The notes below the pieces were generated by a model. That model was not told the origin of the DNA and searched no databases. It worked only from the letters and a program-made list of their open reading frames with translations. Position numbers and translations under genes: made by a program. Positions 19,301 to 27,500 of a stretch of DNA of 64,000 nucleotides are shown here, piece by piece. This DNA comes from Candidatus Latescibacterota bacterium (GTDB taxonomy: Bacteria > Latescibacterota > UBA2968 > GCA-2709665): the NCBI GenBank assembly GCA_965205485.1, contig OZ242180.1, positions 409,292 through 473,291 on the forward strand. The letters run 5' to 3'. Every line of letters starts with the position of its first letter. Position 1 is the first letter of the stretch.

Positions 19301-21030
19301 TCTTCGGCCTGGGAGACGCCAGCCAGGTCGATACCCTGACCGTTCGATGGCCGTCGGGCATCGCGCAGCGCCTCAGGAACATCGCCGTAAACACCGTCCT
19401 TGAAGTCACAGAAACGGCCCCGGCCCCGCCCGTACGCGTCGCGCTGGATGCCGCTGTGCCCGTTCTGGCGGCCAACGGCGAGGCGCGGACCCGAATCCGC
19501 GCCCGCGTCCTGGACGCCAGGGACGAAGTCGCGCTCATCGGCAACCGCCGCCTGATCTTCAGCGTCTCATCCGGCGACGGCGCGTTCGTGGGGAGCGATA
19601 CGGCGGCGGTGCGGGACGGGCTGGCATCCATCCTCTTTCAGGCCGGTATTACACCTGGCGACGTATCGGCAACCGCGCGGTTCCAGGGCCTTCCCCCCGC
19701 GCAGGTTACGATCCGCCTGCTGCCGCCCATCGGGCCGGACCACACGTCCATGCTCACGCTCGCCGGAATCGGCGGGAGTCAGAGCAGCTTCGGGGGTGAC
19801 GGCGGCAACGCCGACCAGGCTTTCCTGAACACCCCGAGGGGCGTCGCGGTCGCGGCAGACGGCGTCCTCTACATCGCCGACTCGGGCAACAATCGTGTGC
19901 GACGGGTCAACGCGGATGGCTCGATCAACACGATCGCCGGAGATGGAATCGGAATCTCCATCGGAACGGGGGGGCCGGCGACAGAAGCCAGTCTCGGCGA
20001 TCCCCGGGGCCTCGCGCTCACTCCGGAAGGCGATCTGATCGTTGGCGAAGTGAGCGGTCATATCGTGCGCCGGATCGACCTTTCGAGCGAGAACATCCTC
20101 GCCTTCGCAGGCAGGGACATCCCCGGTTACGGCGGCGACGGACGCGCGGCGGCGGATGCGAATCTGTCGGGCCCCGTGGGGGTTGCGGCGGACGCTCTGG
20201 GAAACATCTGGATTGCGGAACGCTTCAACCACAGGGTCCGCAAGGTGGACGCCAGCGGCATCATCTCCACTGCTGCCGGCAGCTTCCAGGAGGGTCACGC
20301 AGGGGACGGAGAACCCGCGACGATGGCTGCGCTGAACGGACCTGAAGGTGTTGCCGTAGATAGTCGCGGCCGCCTGTACATCGCCGATACGGGAAACCAT
20401 CGCATCCGCATGGTGGATACCGAGGGCATCATCTCCACGGTGGCCGGCACCGGAGACGCCGGCTTTTCCGGCGACGGCGGACCCGGCAAAACGGCCCTGC
20501 TGAACGGCCCTGTCGATGTGGCGGTGGACGACAACGGATACGTTTATATCGCGGACACCGGCAACCATCGGATACGGGTCCTGGACTTGAACCTTGGCAT
20601 CATACAGACCGTTGCCGGGACGGGATTTCCGGGATTCAACCAGGCCGAAGGCGCCGGTACCGAGACGACGCTGAATTCGCCGTCGGGCCTCGCCACCGAT
20701 CCCGAGGGCAGGGTCTACGTTGCCGATACGAACAACAACAGCATCCTTCAACTCACCGTAGACTTCCCCCCGGAATACCACCGCGAGGCCCCGCCCGTCC
20801 CGCCTCCGCCGCCACCTCCGCCTCCCGTGGATGGTCGGGCCGATTTCAATGGCGACGGCGCGGTTGACTTTGCTGACTTCATCCTCTTCGCGCGGGCATA
20901 CGGTTCCAGCGATATGCGTTATGACCTCGACGGCGACGGAACGGTCGGGTTCGGAGATTTTATCGCCTTCACCAACGCCTTCGAACAGACCCCGCCTACA
21001 GTGCGATTCCGGCCGGGAAGCCGTTTCTGA
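16312..21030 (+). CDS. Giant secreted multidomain protein: 6x NHL propeller, 2x choice-of-anchor-D-like Ig domains, FG-GAP/VCBS propeller plus UnbV/ASPIC C-terminal domain (CRTAC1-like), Big-like Ig domain, second 6x NHL propeller, poly-Pro linker, C-terminal dockerin-like module
   Basis: Signal peptide MRSIRKNHSILFILGVLLALADASFAQ. Repeated YIADTGNHRIRRVD-type NHL blades. Seven repeats of AAWADYDGDGDPDLYV(T/A)NFG..NRLYRN. A C-terminal DFNGDGAVDFADFILFARAYG...DLDGDGTVGFGDFIAFTNAF pair of Ca-binding dockerin-type repeats. Confidence 0.85.
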   Translation: MRSIRKNHSILFILGVLLALADASFAQNRGSLITIAGGGDREGENIPATDLALSVPLGAATSADGHVYIADTGTHRIRRVDAVTGQVTTIAGTGEAGFAGDGGPAAEAQLDRPQGIAVDEAGNVYIGDTGNRRVRRIDAATGIITTVAGSGEFGFDGDGGPAVSAVLGEIVALTIGPRGGLYIADGLDGQARGNNRVRRIDLDTGVITTLAGDGDFSFGGDDGPAVEAGLTVEDVAVDASGNIFIADFNNYRIRRIDGETGIISTVAGRGPVFGGGGAFSGDGGPATEARLDLPGGVAVGVDGTLYISDTGNNRVRAVDSGTGNIYTLAGTGNFGSAGDGGPAPLAELREPSRVVLDPDDNLIVVDTGNSRIRKLLDPAFQSPVLSLTAARVDFGAVVVEDQTTRTFAIGNVGRRTLTLSSASTDRREFVLLNAFPVEIDPSGETEIQIRFSPLDEGVVQGTLTINTDDPWRPEVTVPLSGTGAAPDIGVFPESIEFDRTYVGREQSIVLRVANLGAGVLTVFRAELTDPVQFSVSLDDTLRIPSSLRQSLDVVFRPVNTGTQRAELTLYSNDPNDPELVIPLRGFGRESRPGGFLDAAAGLRMADSGAGFGAAWADYDGDGDPDLYVVRSLQSNLLYRNDGDGFTEVGSVVGVADDGDGSAAAWADIDGDGDLDLYVTNFGQPNRLYRNDGNRFSEIAAQAGVDDGGDGYGAAWADVEGDGDPDLYVANFGDNRFYRNERGRFVEAAADAGLDDDNSSLQPAWADYDGDGDPDLFLANSGPNRLFRNDGGSFADASSDAGLEELGLGGASFGAAWGDFDNDRDLDLYVTYFGEGNRLYVNINGRFEESSSRFDVAGPDTVDSRGAVWGDFDSDGDLDLFVSNAGVKNNLYRNEGGTFTDMADSFRVAGGANSRGVALADFNGDGGLDIFVVVQDDADHLYQNREFNGNWLAIRPRATRSSPDAIGTRFEIAFDGTAATREITGGASYLSQDALTAVFGLGDASQVDTLTVRWPSGIAQRLRNIAVNTVLEVTETAPAPPVRVALDAAVPVLAANGEARTRIRARVLDARDEVALIGNRRLIFSVSSGDGAFVGSDTAAVRDGLASILFQAGITPGDVSATARFQGLPPAQVTIRLLPPIGPDHTSMLTLAGIGGSQSSFGGDGGNADQAFLNTPRGVAVAADGVLYIADSGNNRVRRVNADGSINTIAGDGIGISIGTGGPATEASLGDPRGLALTPEGDLIVGEVSGHIVRRIDLSSENILAFAGRDIPGYGGDGRAAADANLSGPVGVAADALGNIWIAERFNHRVRKVDASGIISTAAGSFQEGHAGDGEPATMAALNGPEGVAVDSRGRLYIADTGNHRIRMVDTEGIISTVAGTGDAGFSGDGGPGKTALLNGPVDVAVDDNGYVYIADTGNHRIRVLDLNLGIIQTVAGTGFPGFNQAEGAGTETTLNSPSGLATDPEGRVYVADTNNNSILQLTVDFPPEYHREAPPVPPPPPPPPPVDGRADFNGDGAVDFADFILFARAYGSSDMRYDLDGDGTVGFGDFIAFTNAFEQTPPTVRFRPGSRF
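18100..18700. repeat. Intragenic near-identical tandem repeats (~147 bp units encoding FG-GAP/VCBS blades)
   Basis: DNA segments GCCTGGGCGGA(T/C)TACGACGG(G/A)GACGG(A/C)GA(C/T)CCCGA(C/T)CTGTACGTG recur at ~18153, 18300, 18447 and 18595. Confidence 0.7.
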
Positions 21031-21032
21031 CG

Positions 21033-21668
21033 ATGCAACGGGCGCTCATCCTGCCGGCCGACGATCCGGGAATCGTCCGGACTGCCGATTGTATCCGTTC
21101 CGGTGGCGTGGTTGTCTATCCTACCGAAACCGTGTACGGCCTGGGCGCCGATCCGTTCAATCCCGTCGCTTTCGAACGCATCTTCAGCCTCAAGGGCCGG
21201 GAATCGGAAAAGGGCCTGATCCTGCTCATCCGCGGCAGTCAGGACCTGGACGCGCTCGTCGCGGACATTCCACGGGCTGCTGAATTCCTGATGGACGCAT
21301 TCTGGCCCGGTCCGCTCACCCTCGTGTTTCCCGCATCGCCCAGCCTGCCGGATCACCTGCTCGGGTTCACGTCCACAATTGCCCTCCGCGTGTCCGATGC
21401 GCACGTCGCCAGCTCATTACTGCAGCATGCCGGCGGCCCAATAACCAGCACCAGCGCCAACCATTCGGGTCTTTCCCCCGCCCGAAGCGCGCAAGAAGCC
21501 GCCAACGCCCTTGGCGGCGACGTCGATCTGATCCTGGACGGCGGTTCGGCGCCCGATTCTCGTCCCTCCACCCTCGTCGACGTCTCCCTGCCGCATCCAC
21601 GAATCCTCCGACCCGGCCGCATCGCGGAATCGAAAATCAACCGGGTACTGACTCTGGAATCAGATTGA
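21033..21668 (+). CDS. tsaC: L-threonylcarbamoyladenylate synthase (YrdC/TsaC type)
   Basis: YPTETVYGLGADPFN, ...KGRESEKGLILLI, ...GPITSTSANHSG: the YrdC fold signature. 211 aa. Starts 3 nt after the giant-gene stop. Confidence 0.8.
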   Translation: MQRALILPADDPGIVRTADCIRSGGVVVYPTETVYGLGADPFNPVAFERIFSLKGRESEKGLILLIRGSQDLDALVADIPRAAEFLMDAFWPGPLTLVFPASPSLPDHLLGFTSTIALRVSDAHVASSLLQHAGGPITSTSANHSGLSPARSAQEAANALGGDVDLILDGGSAPDSRPSTLVDVSLPHPRILRPGRIAESKINRVLTLESD

Positions 21669-21878
21669 CGCAGGCAAGTTGTGAGCGTATTCTTTGATCG
21701 CGGCATGAAAGGAAGAATATCACTGCTGTCCAAGATAGTTTGAAAAAGACGATCTTGGATACGTAAGTACCTGGTTTTCTTGAAAGTCGTTTCGAAGTAC
21801 CAATGCAGGTCCCCGTCTTTTGGCCACGGCTGTCCAGGACAGAAACCGATTTGTGACCGGTGCGGTTGGCGTTCCCGG

Positions 21879-22024
21879 GAGCGAGGGCATCCTGCCCTCG
21901 ACATCGGATAACTCGTCGCACACGGTGTCTTCCGTGAACCGGTGTCGGATTGAATGGACCCGTCAGTCTCTCGACGCGAATGGGGGTCGGTGACGCGAAG
22001 TTCGAGGGCAGGATGCCCTCGCTC
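21879..22024. repeat. Inverted-repeat element: two 23-bp arms (GAGCGAGGGCATCCTGCCCTCGA / TCGAGGGCAGGATGCCCTCGCTC) around a 100-bp spacer, flanked by 21-bp direct repeats at 21742..21763 and 22058..22079
   Basis: The arms are exact reverse complements of each other, and each is internally palindromic. Flanking GAAAAAGACGATCTTGGATACG / GGAAAAGACGATTTTGGACAGG match at 19/22 positions. Confidence 0.7.
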
Positions 22025-22087
22025 CGGTTGCAGGTGGTTCATGTCGTGACAGTGGTTGGAAAAGACGATTTTGGACAGGTGCGGAAG

Positions 22088-22291
22088 AATATGAAACTGA
22101 ACGTCGACAAGGAAGCCGACGCCCTTTATCTGCGTCTCGACGATTCTCAAATAGTCGAATCCGAGGAGGTTTCCCCGGGAGTTGTACTCGACTACAACGC
22201 ATCGAATGAAGTCGTGGGCGTGGAGCTGCTCCATCTATCAAAGCGCTCATCCAAGCTGAATCTTTCCGCATTGCAGTTCGAGACGGTCTGA
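22088..22291 (+). CDS. DUF2283-family small protein
   Basis: MKLNVDKEADALYLRLDDSQIVESEEVSPGVVLDYNASNEVVGVELLHLSKR matches the characteristic DUF2283 profile (Y.D.e.DalYi.l......s.e..pgvilDyd..G.lvGIEIL.as.r). Lies in a lower-GC islet. Confidence 0.6.
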   Translation, partial: NMKLNVDKEADALYLRLDDSQIVESEEVSPGVVLDYNASNEVVGVELLHLSKRSSKLNLSALQFETV

Positions 22292-22510
22292 TCGCGTCAG
22301 CGTGTCGGAGCAATTGCCCAGGCGATTCCCACGCCCGCAAATCGGTCGAGTGATATCACGCTTCCAGCCCGTCGGCAAATCCCTGACAGTTTCCCTGCCT
22401 CAATCCTGCCTCCCTGACGCACCATTGCCGGTCTGGTCGTGTCACGGGGACCCCGGCATCCCGTCCTGATACAGGCGTCCCGATCTATTCCTGACGTAGA
22501 GGAAGCCGGT

Positions 22511-22542
22511 TTGAGGGTGGGGCGGACATTCCTGTCTGCCCA
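22511..22542. repeat. 32-bp hairpin repeat (copy 2 of 3, reverse orientation), ~140 nt upstream of the 22682 CDS
   Basis: TGAGGGTGGGGCGGACATTCCTGTCTGCCCAC is the reverse complement of the 3580 and 28514 copies. Confidence 0.8.
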
Positions 22543-22681
22543 CATTGATGCCGTCGCTGTCTCGGCTTGCACGTGGCGAAACCTGGGAGACGGCACGTCG
22601 GCTGGCTTTCCGTTGGGCTCAGATTGACTGGTCGGCCGACCAACGCAAGCCGAATGGCAACTTTCTTCCGAAGGACTTACG

Positions 22682-24430
22682 ATGCGATTCTCACCGCGAA
22701 AAATGGTGCAGCGCCCCCTGCGTGAGAGCACGGGCAACAGGGCCCTGCTGGTACTGGTGGACAGCAGGGGCAGCTATACGGACACGAGCATCGTGGATCA
22801 AACCGTACTCGTCGCGTTGCAGCATTTCGGATTTCCATTCAGGATCCACGATCTTGCCGCGGGGCCCTTGACTGCCGACCTGCTTGACGGTTGCGCGGCG
22901 GTCGTTATCGCACAGTCGCGCCTGGGAAATACCCTTTCGTTCGAGGAAACCGAACTGCTGGCCTCGGGCGTGGAGGAAGCCGGGATGGGCCTGGTCAATT
23001 TCGACGGTGAGCTGCGGCTGTACAAACCGCCGCTGCTTCGGCTGTTGGGTCTGGAGGTCGACCGGATTCCCATGGCATCGGACCTGCTGCGCATTGGGGG
23101 CGACGACCACTTCATCAACTGGACGCAGCAGGCGGGCAGAATGGTCCGGCTGAAGCGACCGGTGACCGTTGCGCAGATCAAGCGCATGGGTCGGCACGTC
23201 GTGGAACTGGCGCAGGCCGCGATGGGCAAGGAACAGCTCATCTTCTCACGCCACAACGTCCCGGGCACGGCCTACGAGCCGGACCAGTATCCTGTCGTCC
23301 TCGCCGGGGTCTGCGGCATCGGCCGGGCGGTGCAGTTCGCCTGTTCGCCCCGGATCTGGCACCAGGAGTTTCTGGGCCACGCGATGGGGCTGGACGCCTT
23401 CTTCTGGCGCGCCATCGTCTGGGCCGCGCGCAAGCCGTTCATCGCGCAGATGATGCCGCCCTATGTGACCATCCGTGTGGACGACGGCAGGGGACGCCAT
23501 GATTTCCGCTATACGGAGGTGATGAACCGGCACGGTTACCGCCCGATGATCTCCTGCTTCCTGGACCTCGTACCCGGCGAAGTCGTACCGTTCATGCGCG
23601 AGCGTTACAAGGCGAGACAGGTGGACTGGGACGCGCATGCATTCGACTATTACAAGCTGATTCCATTCGAATTCGGCATCGGGGAGTACAGCGAGGCGGA
23701 GTTGAAGGAAATCTTCGAACGGGTGGACCGATGGTACGACGAACGGGGCATGAAGCCGCCGCGCCGGGCCGCGTTTCACTGGGGCGAGGTGGGCGTGCGC
23801 GTTCTGCCCTATCTGAAGGCCCGGGGGCGGACGTTTGTCTATTCGACCTACCACCTGGGACAGGTGAAGTGGGAGCGGCTGTTCCCCAACTGGTGGCCGT
23901 ACGGTCTCAACAGCCTGTTCTACGACTATATCCCCGAGGACCCGGAGATGTACAACATCGGCGCCATGCTCCCCCGCCACCTCGTGGAGCCCGACGTACT
24001 GACGGGCTGTACGACCTGGGCCGGGGACAATCCGACCAACGATATGGATAAGGCCGCGGATCGGGCGGCCGGCTCGGTCCGCCTGGCGCTGGACAGCGGG
24101 TTCTTCTCGGAGATCACGACGCACGAGCAGAAGTTCGGCGTGCTGTCGCTGGAAGAGATCGACCGATGGCTGTCGCTGGTGGCGCAGCGGACGGAGCGAT
24201 TCGATATCCGGGGCGTGAGCCACGACGAAGCCGCGGAGTATACCCGCTCCCGTGACGAGTCGTGGATCGGATCCGCGTCCACGCCCGACGGCAAGTCAGC
24301 GTACCTCGCCCTGGATGGCAAGGCGAGCGTCGACCAGAAACTGGCCGTTTTCGAAAACGACGGAGACGGCGTGGTCCAGAGGTGGGAGTTGGTCGCCGGG
24401 TTTGAGGGGGAGGTCCGGGTCGATCTGTGA
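22682..24430 (+). CDS. Hypothetical 582-aa protein, possibly a two-domain hydrolase/deacetylase-like enzyme. No signal peptide seen.
   Basis: Long ORF with an alternating hydrophobic-core pattern. No motif I can assign confidently. Confidence 0.55.
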   Translation: MRFSPRKMVQRPLRESTGNRALLVLVDSRGSYTDTSIVDQTVLVALQHFGFPFRIHDLAAGPLTADLLDGCAAVVIAQSRLGNTLSFEETELLASGVEEAGMGLVNFDGELRLYKPPLLRLLGLEVDRIPMASDLLRIGGDDHFINWTQQAGRMVRLKRPVTVAQIKRMGRHVVELAQAAMGKEQLIFSRHNVPGTAYEPDQYPVVLAGVCGIGRAVQFACSPRIWHQEFLGHAMGLDAFFWRAIVWAARKPFIAQMMPPYVTIRVDDGRGRHDFRYTEVMNRHGYRPMISCFLDLVPGEVVPFMRERYKARQVDWDAHAFDYYKLIPFEFGIGEYSEAELKEIFERVDRWYDERGMKPPRRAAFHWGEVGVRVLPYLKARGRTFVYSTYHLGQVKWERLFPNWWPYGLNSLFYDYIPEDPEMYNIGAMLPRHLVEPDVLTGCTTWAGDNPTNDMDKAADRAAGSVRLALDSGFFSEITTHEQKFGVLSLEEIDRWLSLVAQRTERFDIRGVSHDEAAEYTRSRDESWIGSASTPDGKSAYLALDGKASVDQKLAVFENDGDGVVQRWELVAGFEGEVRVDL

Positions 24431-24514
24431 CCGTCAGGGCCGGAGTCCGGTCTTCCGGATCGAGGACGGCCTGCTGAGGAGGAACGGCAACGCAGGATCG
24501 CGAATGCGCCGGAG

Positions 24515-27500
24515 TTATTCCGAATTGCCTGTGATCAGGATACGAATGACGATGTTTGCACGGCCCCCCTTCCCGTCGCCGGACCGCACGATCACGGTAT
24601 ATCCGCGTTTCCTGTTGAAGTCATACGTGCCCTTCGTCAACAACTGCCCGGAGCCGGGGTCAATTTCGAAGTACTCCGCATCGGTGCCCCACAGGCTGTA
24701 CGTGAGCACGTCACCGTCCGTATCGCTCGCAGTGATCGGATCCCCGATCGGTTCTCCCGGTGGCGTGCCGCCGGCCACGGCAAGCGTTGCGGGCTGCACG
24801 GGCGCAAACGCGGGCATGCGGTTCACGCGTTCTCCGAAGCGCCGGGCGAATGCGACGAAATCGCCAAACGTGATCCGGCCGTCACTGTCCAGGTCAAACC
24901 TGGCATCATGCCCCTCATCGCCCTCTGCGGATCCAAACGCGCCGGAGAACAGCACAAAGTCGGCGAAGTCCACCACCCCGCTCCCGTCGAAATCAGGCGA
25001 TAGCGGCGCGGGAGCATGAAGCAATACGCTCACCGTTCGCGTCATCGCCTCCGGATGCTCCCCGCGCACCAGGTCCGCTCCCGCCAACCGGACCTCCGTC
25101 TCCCTAAACCCCTCCGTCGTCCTGAAGCGCACTGTTCCCACCTGCCCGCTGTCGACCGCGGCCCCGCCGCTCAGCGACGAAACGCCGATCTGCACGAACG
25201 TCGAGTCCTTCGCCACCAGCGCCGTCACGCCCGGCAACGCATCGCCCGCGTCGAAGCCCTCATACACAACCTGCGTCGTGTCATAGCCCACCCGGAAATC
25301 CACACCGCGCGTTCCCCGGATATCCGCGCCGAATATCTGTATGGAGACGACTCGACCTGATTCGACGCGCATCGTCCGGAGGTCCTGGTCTTTCTCCGAC
25401 GCATCCAGGTCCAGCGAGAGGGAGAACAGGTCATACAGGACCAGGACCTCCGTCCGTACCAGCCCCAGGGTCAACCAGTCGCCGTCACCCGATGCGCTGT
25501 TCGACCGCACCTGCACCTCGTATTCCGTGTCGGGGTCCAGACCCTCGATGATCGCGCTCGTGTCCGTCACGTCCTGGGGCCCGTCCTTCCATACGCCTTC
25601 GCTGCCTTCACGATACCGCACGTCGTAGCCCGTAACGGGTTCCCCATCATCATTGGTCGGCGCCGCCCAGCCGATGGTCACGCTGCCCGGCGACGTCTGT
25701 GTCACCGCGGGTTCCACCGGCGGTGGCGGCGGCGCGAGCGTACTCACCGGCTTCAGGGACGTCCACGCGCTGTGCTCCGAGTTGCCGCTGGACCGCACCT
25801 GCACCTCGTATTCCGTGTCCGCGTCCAGACCCTCTATGGTCGTGCTGGTTCCCCTCACGTCCTGGGGGCCGTCCTGCCATTCCCCCTCGCTGACTTTACG
25901 GTACCGCACGTCGTAGTTCCTGATCAGAGGACCGTCGCCGGTCGGCGCCTTCCATTGTAACGCCACGCTCGTTGTCGACACTCCAGTCGCCGTCGGCGAC
26001 ACCGGAGGCAGGGGCGGTGTTGGCGGCGGTGGCGGGGTCGGAGGAGGTGGTGGGGGAGGAGGAGGTGGTGGTGGAGGTGGCGGAGGAGGTGGTGGGGGAG
26101 GTGGCGGCGGCAGTTGCTCGTTAGCGTCCTCGCCGAAGACCCAGGGACGGGCCTGCTTGATCGCCAGGATATTCTCACTGGTGATCTTGAACTCGATCTC
26201 CATCGCGAAGGGCTCGCCGGATGCGGGGTTGTACAACCCCTCGAAGTGGTCGTGGATCACGTAGAGGTGATCGCGCAGCTGACGCATCTGGTCTCGGCTC
26301 ATCAACAGTTCCCCGCGCTCTACCAGGTTCGAGAGTGCTCGGATGATGAGTCCATCTCCCGGCAGGAGGACGATCTCCTCGGGTACGGAGTGCGCCTCGG
26401 GATTGGTGACCAGGTCCTCGCCGAGTTGCGAGTTGACGTAGTGTCGGCCCACAATGGAAGTGACGGGGTCGAAGCTGACCGCCACCCCGTTTACCCGCTC
26501 ATCGGAGAAGTTGGGATGGACCAACACGCCCATCGCGGCCGCGAGGTGGTCGACGCGGTGAAACTCCCGCTCCGAAAACGCCCGGAAGGTCCAAAGGCCG
26601 GCGAGCACCTGCTTGAACGACTTGTCAATCCCGTCCTCCGTGGTCTCCTCCGGGTGCTGCGTCTTGGAGTCGTACAGCCCGGCGCCGTTGAACCCGGGAA
26701 GGTCCTCGTTGTTGGTGCTCGACCGGTACCGCAGCGACGTCTCCGCAGGGAAGGTTGCGTGCATGGCGGTGAGGGCGTCGACCATCCACTGGGGCGTCTC
26801 GGCGTCCTTGATGGCATCACGCAGGTCGTCGAGCATCTCGTCCTGGATATCCAGATCGGTCCGGAACTTCGGGTGGGCCAGAATCGCCTCGACGGCCTCG
26901 ACGAGCATCGTGTCGGCCGCCAGTGTGAGTTTCTCGTCAGCGGGCGCGCTCCCCATGCCAAAAACGGTCTCCTCTCCCAACGTTTGTTTCATGAACTCGT
27001 CATAGAAGTAGAAGGGTATGGCGAAGCCGTCGCGTACGGTGCCCTCCGGGAATCCGAGCGTCCGCAGGACCGCCAGATTGGCCGCCTTGACGCCGAAGGC
27101 CTTCCAGTCGTCGAAGCCGATCTGGTCGAGGGGCGTGATCTCCGTAATCGAGAGATCGCGCTGCGGCGTCTGGGTCTCGGCCGGGCGGGACGACTCGTAA
27201 TGGGCCTCGACTTCCTGAAGGGTTGCCGCCCGCAGCTCCCATTGGCGCTCCGTCACTTCGTACCTGACGTAGCTCCCCTCGAGGGAAATGACGTCGGCGT
27301 GGTCGAGGGCGTCCTTCACGTAGGCGTTGGGTATGCCGTCCTGCACCGCGCGCAGGTTTACGTGCGAGAGCGGCGTCTGGGGCGCGGCGGTAAGGATGCC
27401 GGCCACGCGGGGCAGCTCGTTGGGCAGCGTCTCGGAGACGATGATCTCGCGAGGATGGGGGCGTTCGTCCGCCTCCAGGATCCTCAGCCGCCCGTAACCC

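Noticed and set aside
21669-22087. Attempt to reconstruct a DUF4258-like partner gene upstream of the DUF2283 gene by removing the inverted-repeat element
   Set aside because: Joining the flanks still gives an in-frame stop after 12 codons in every plausible frame. No credible ORF results, so this is reported only as a repeat structure.
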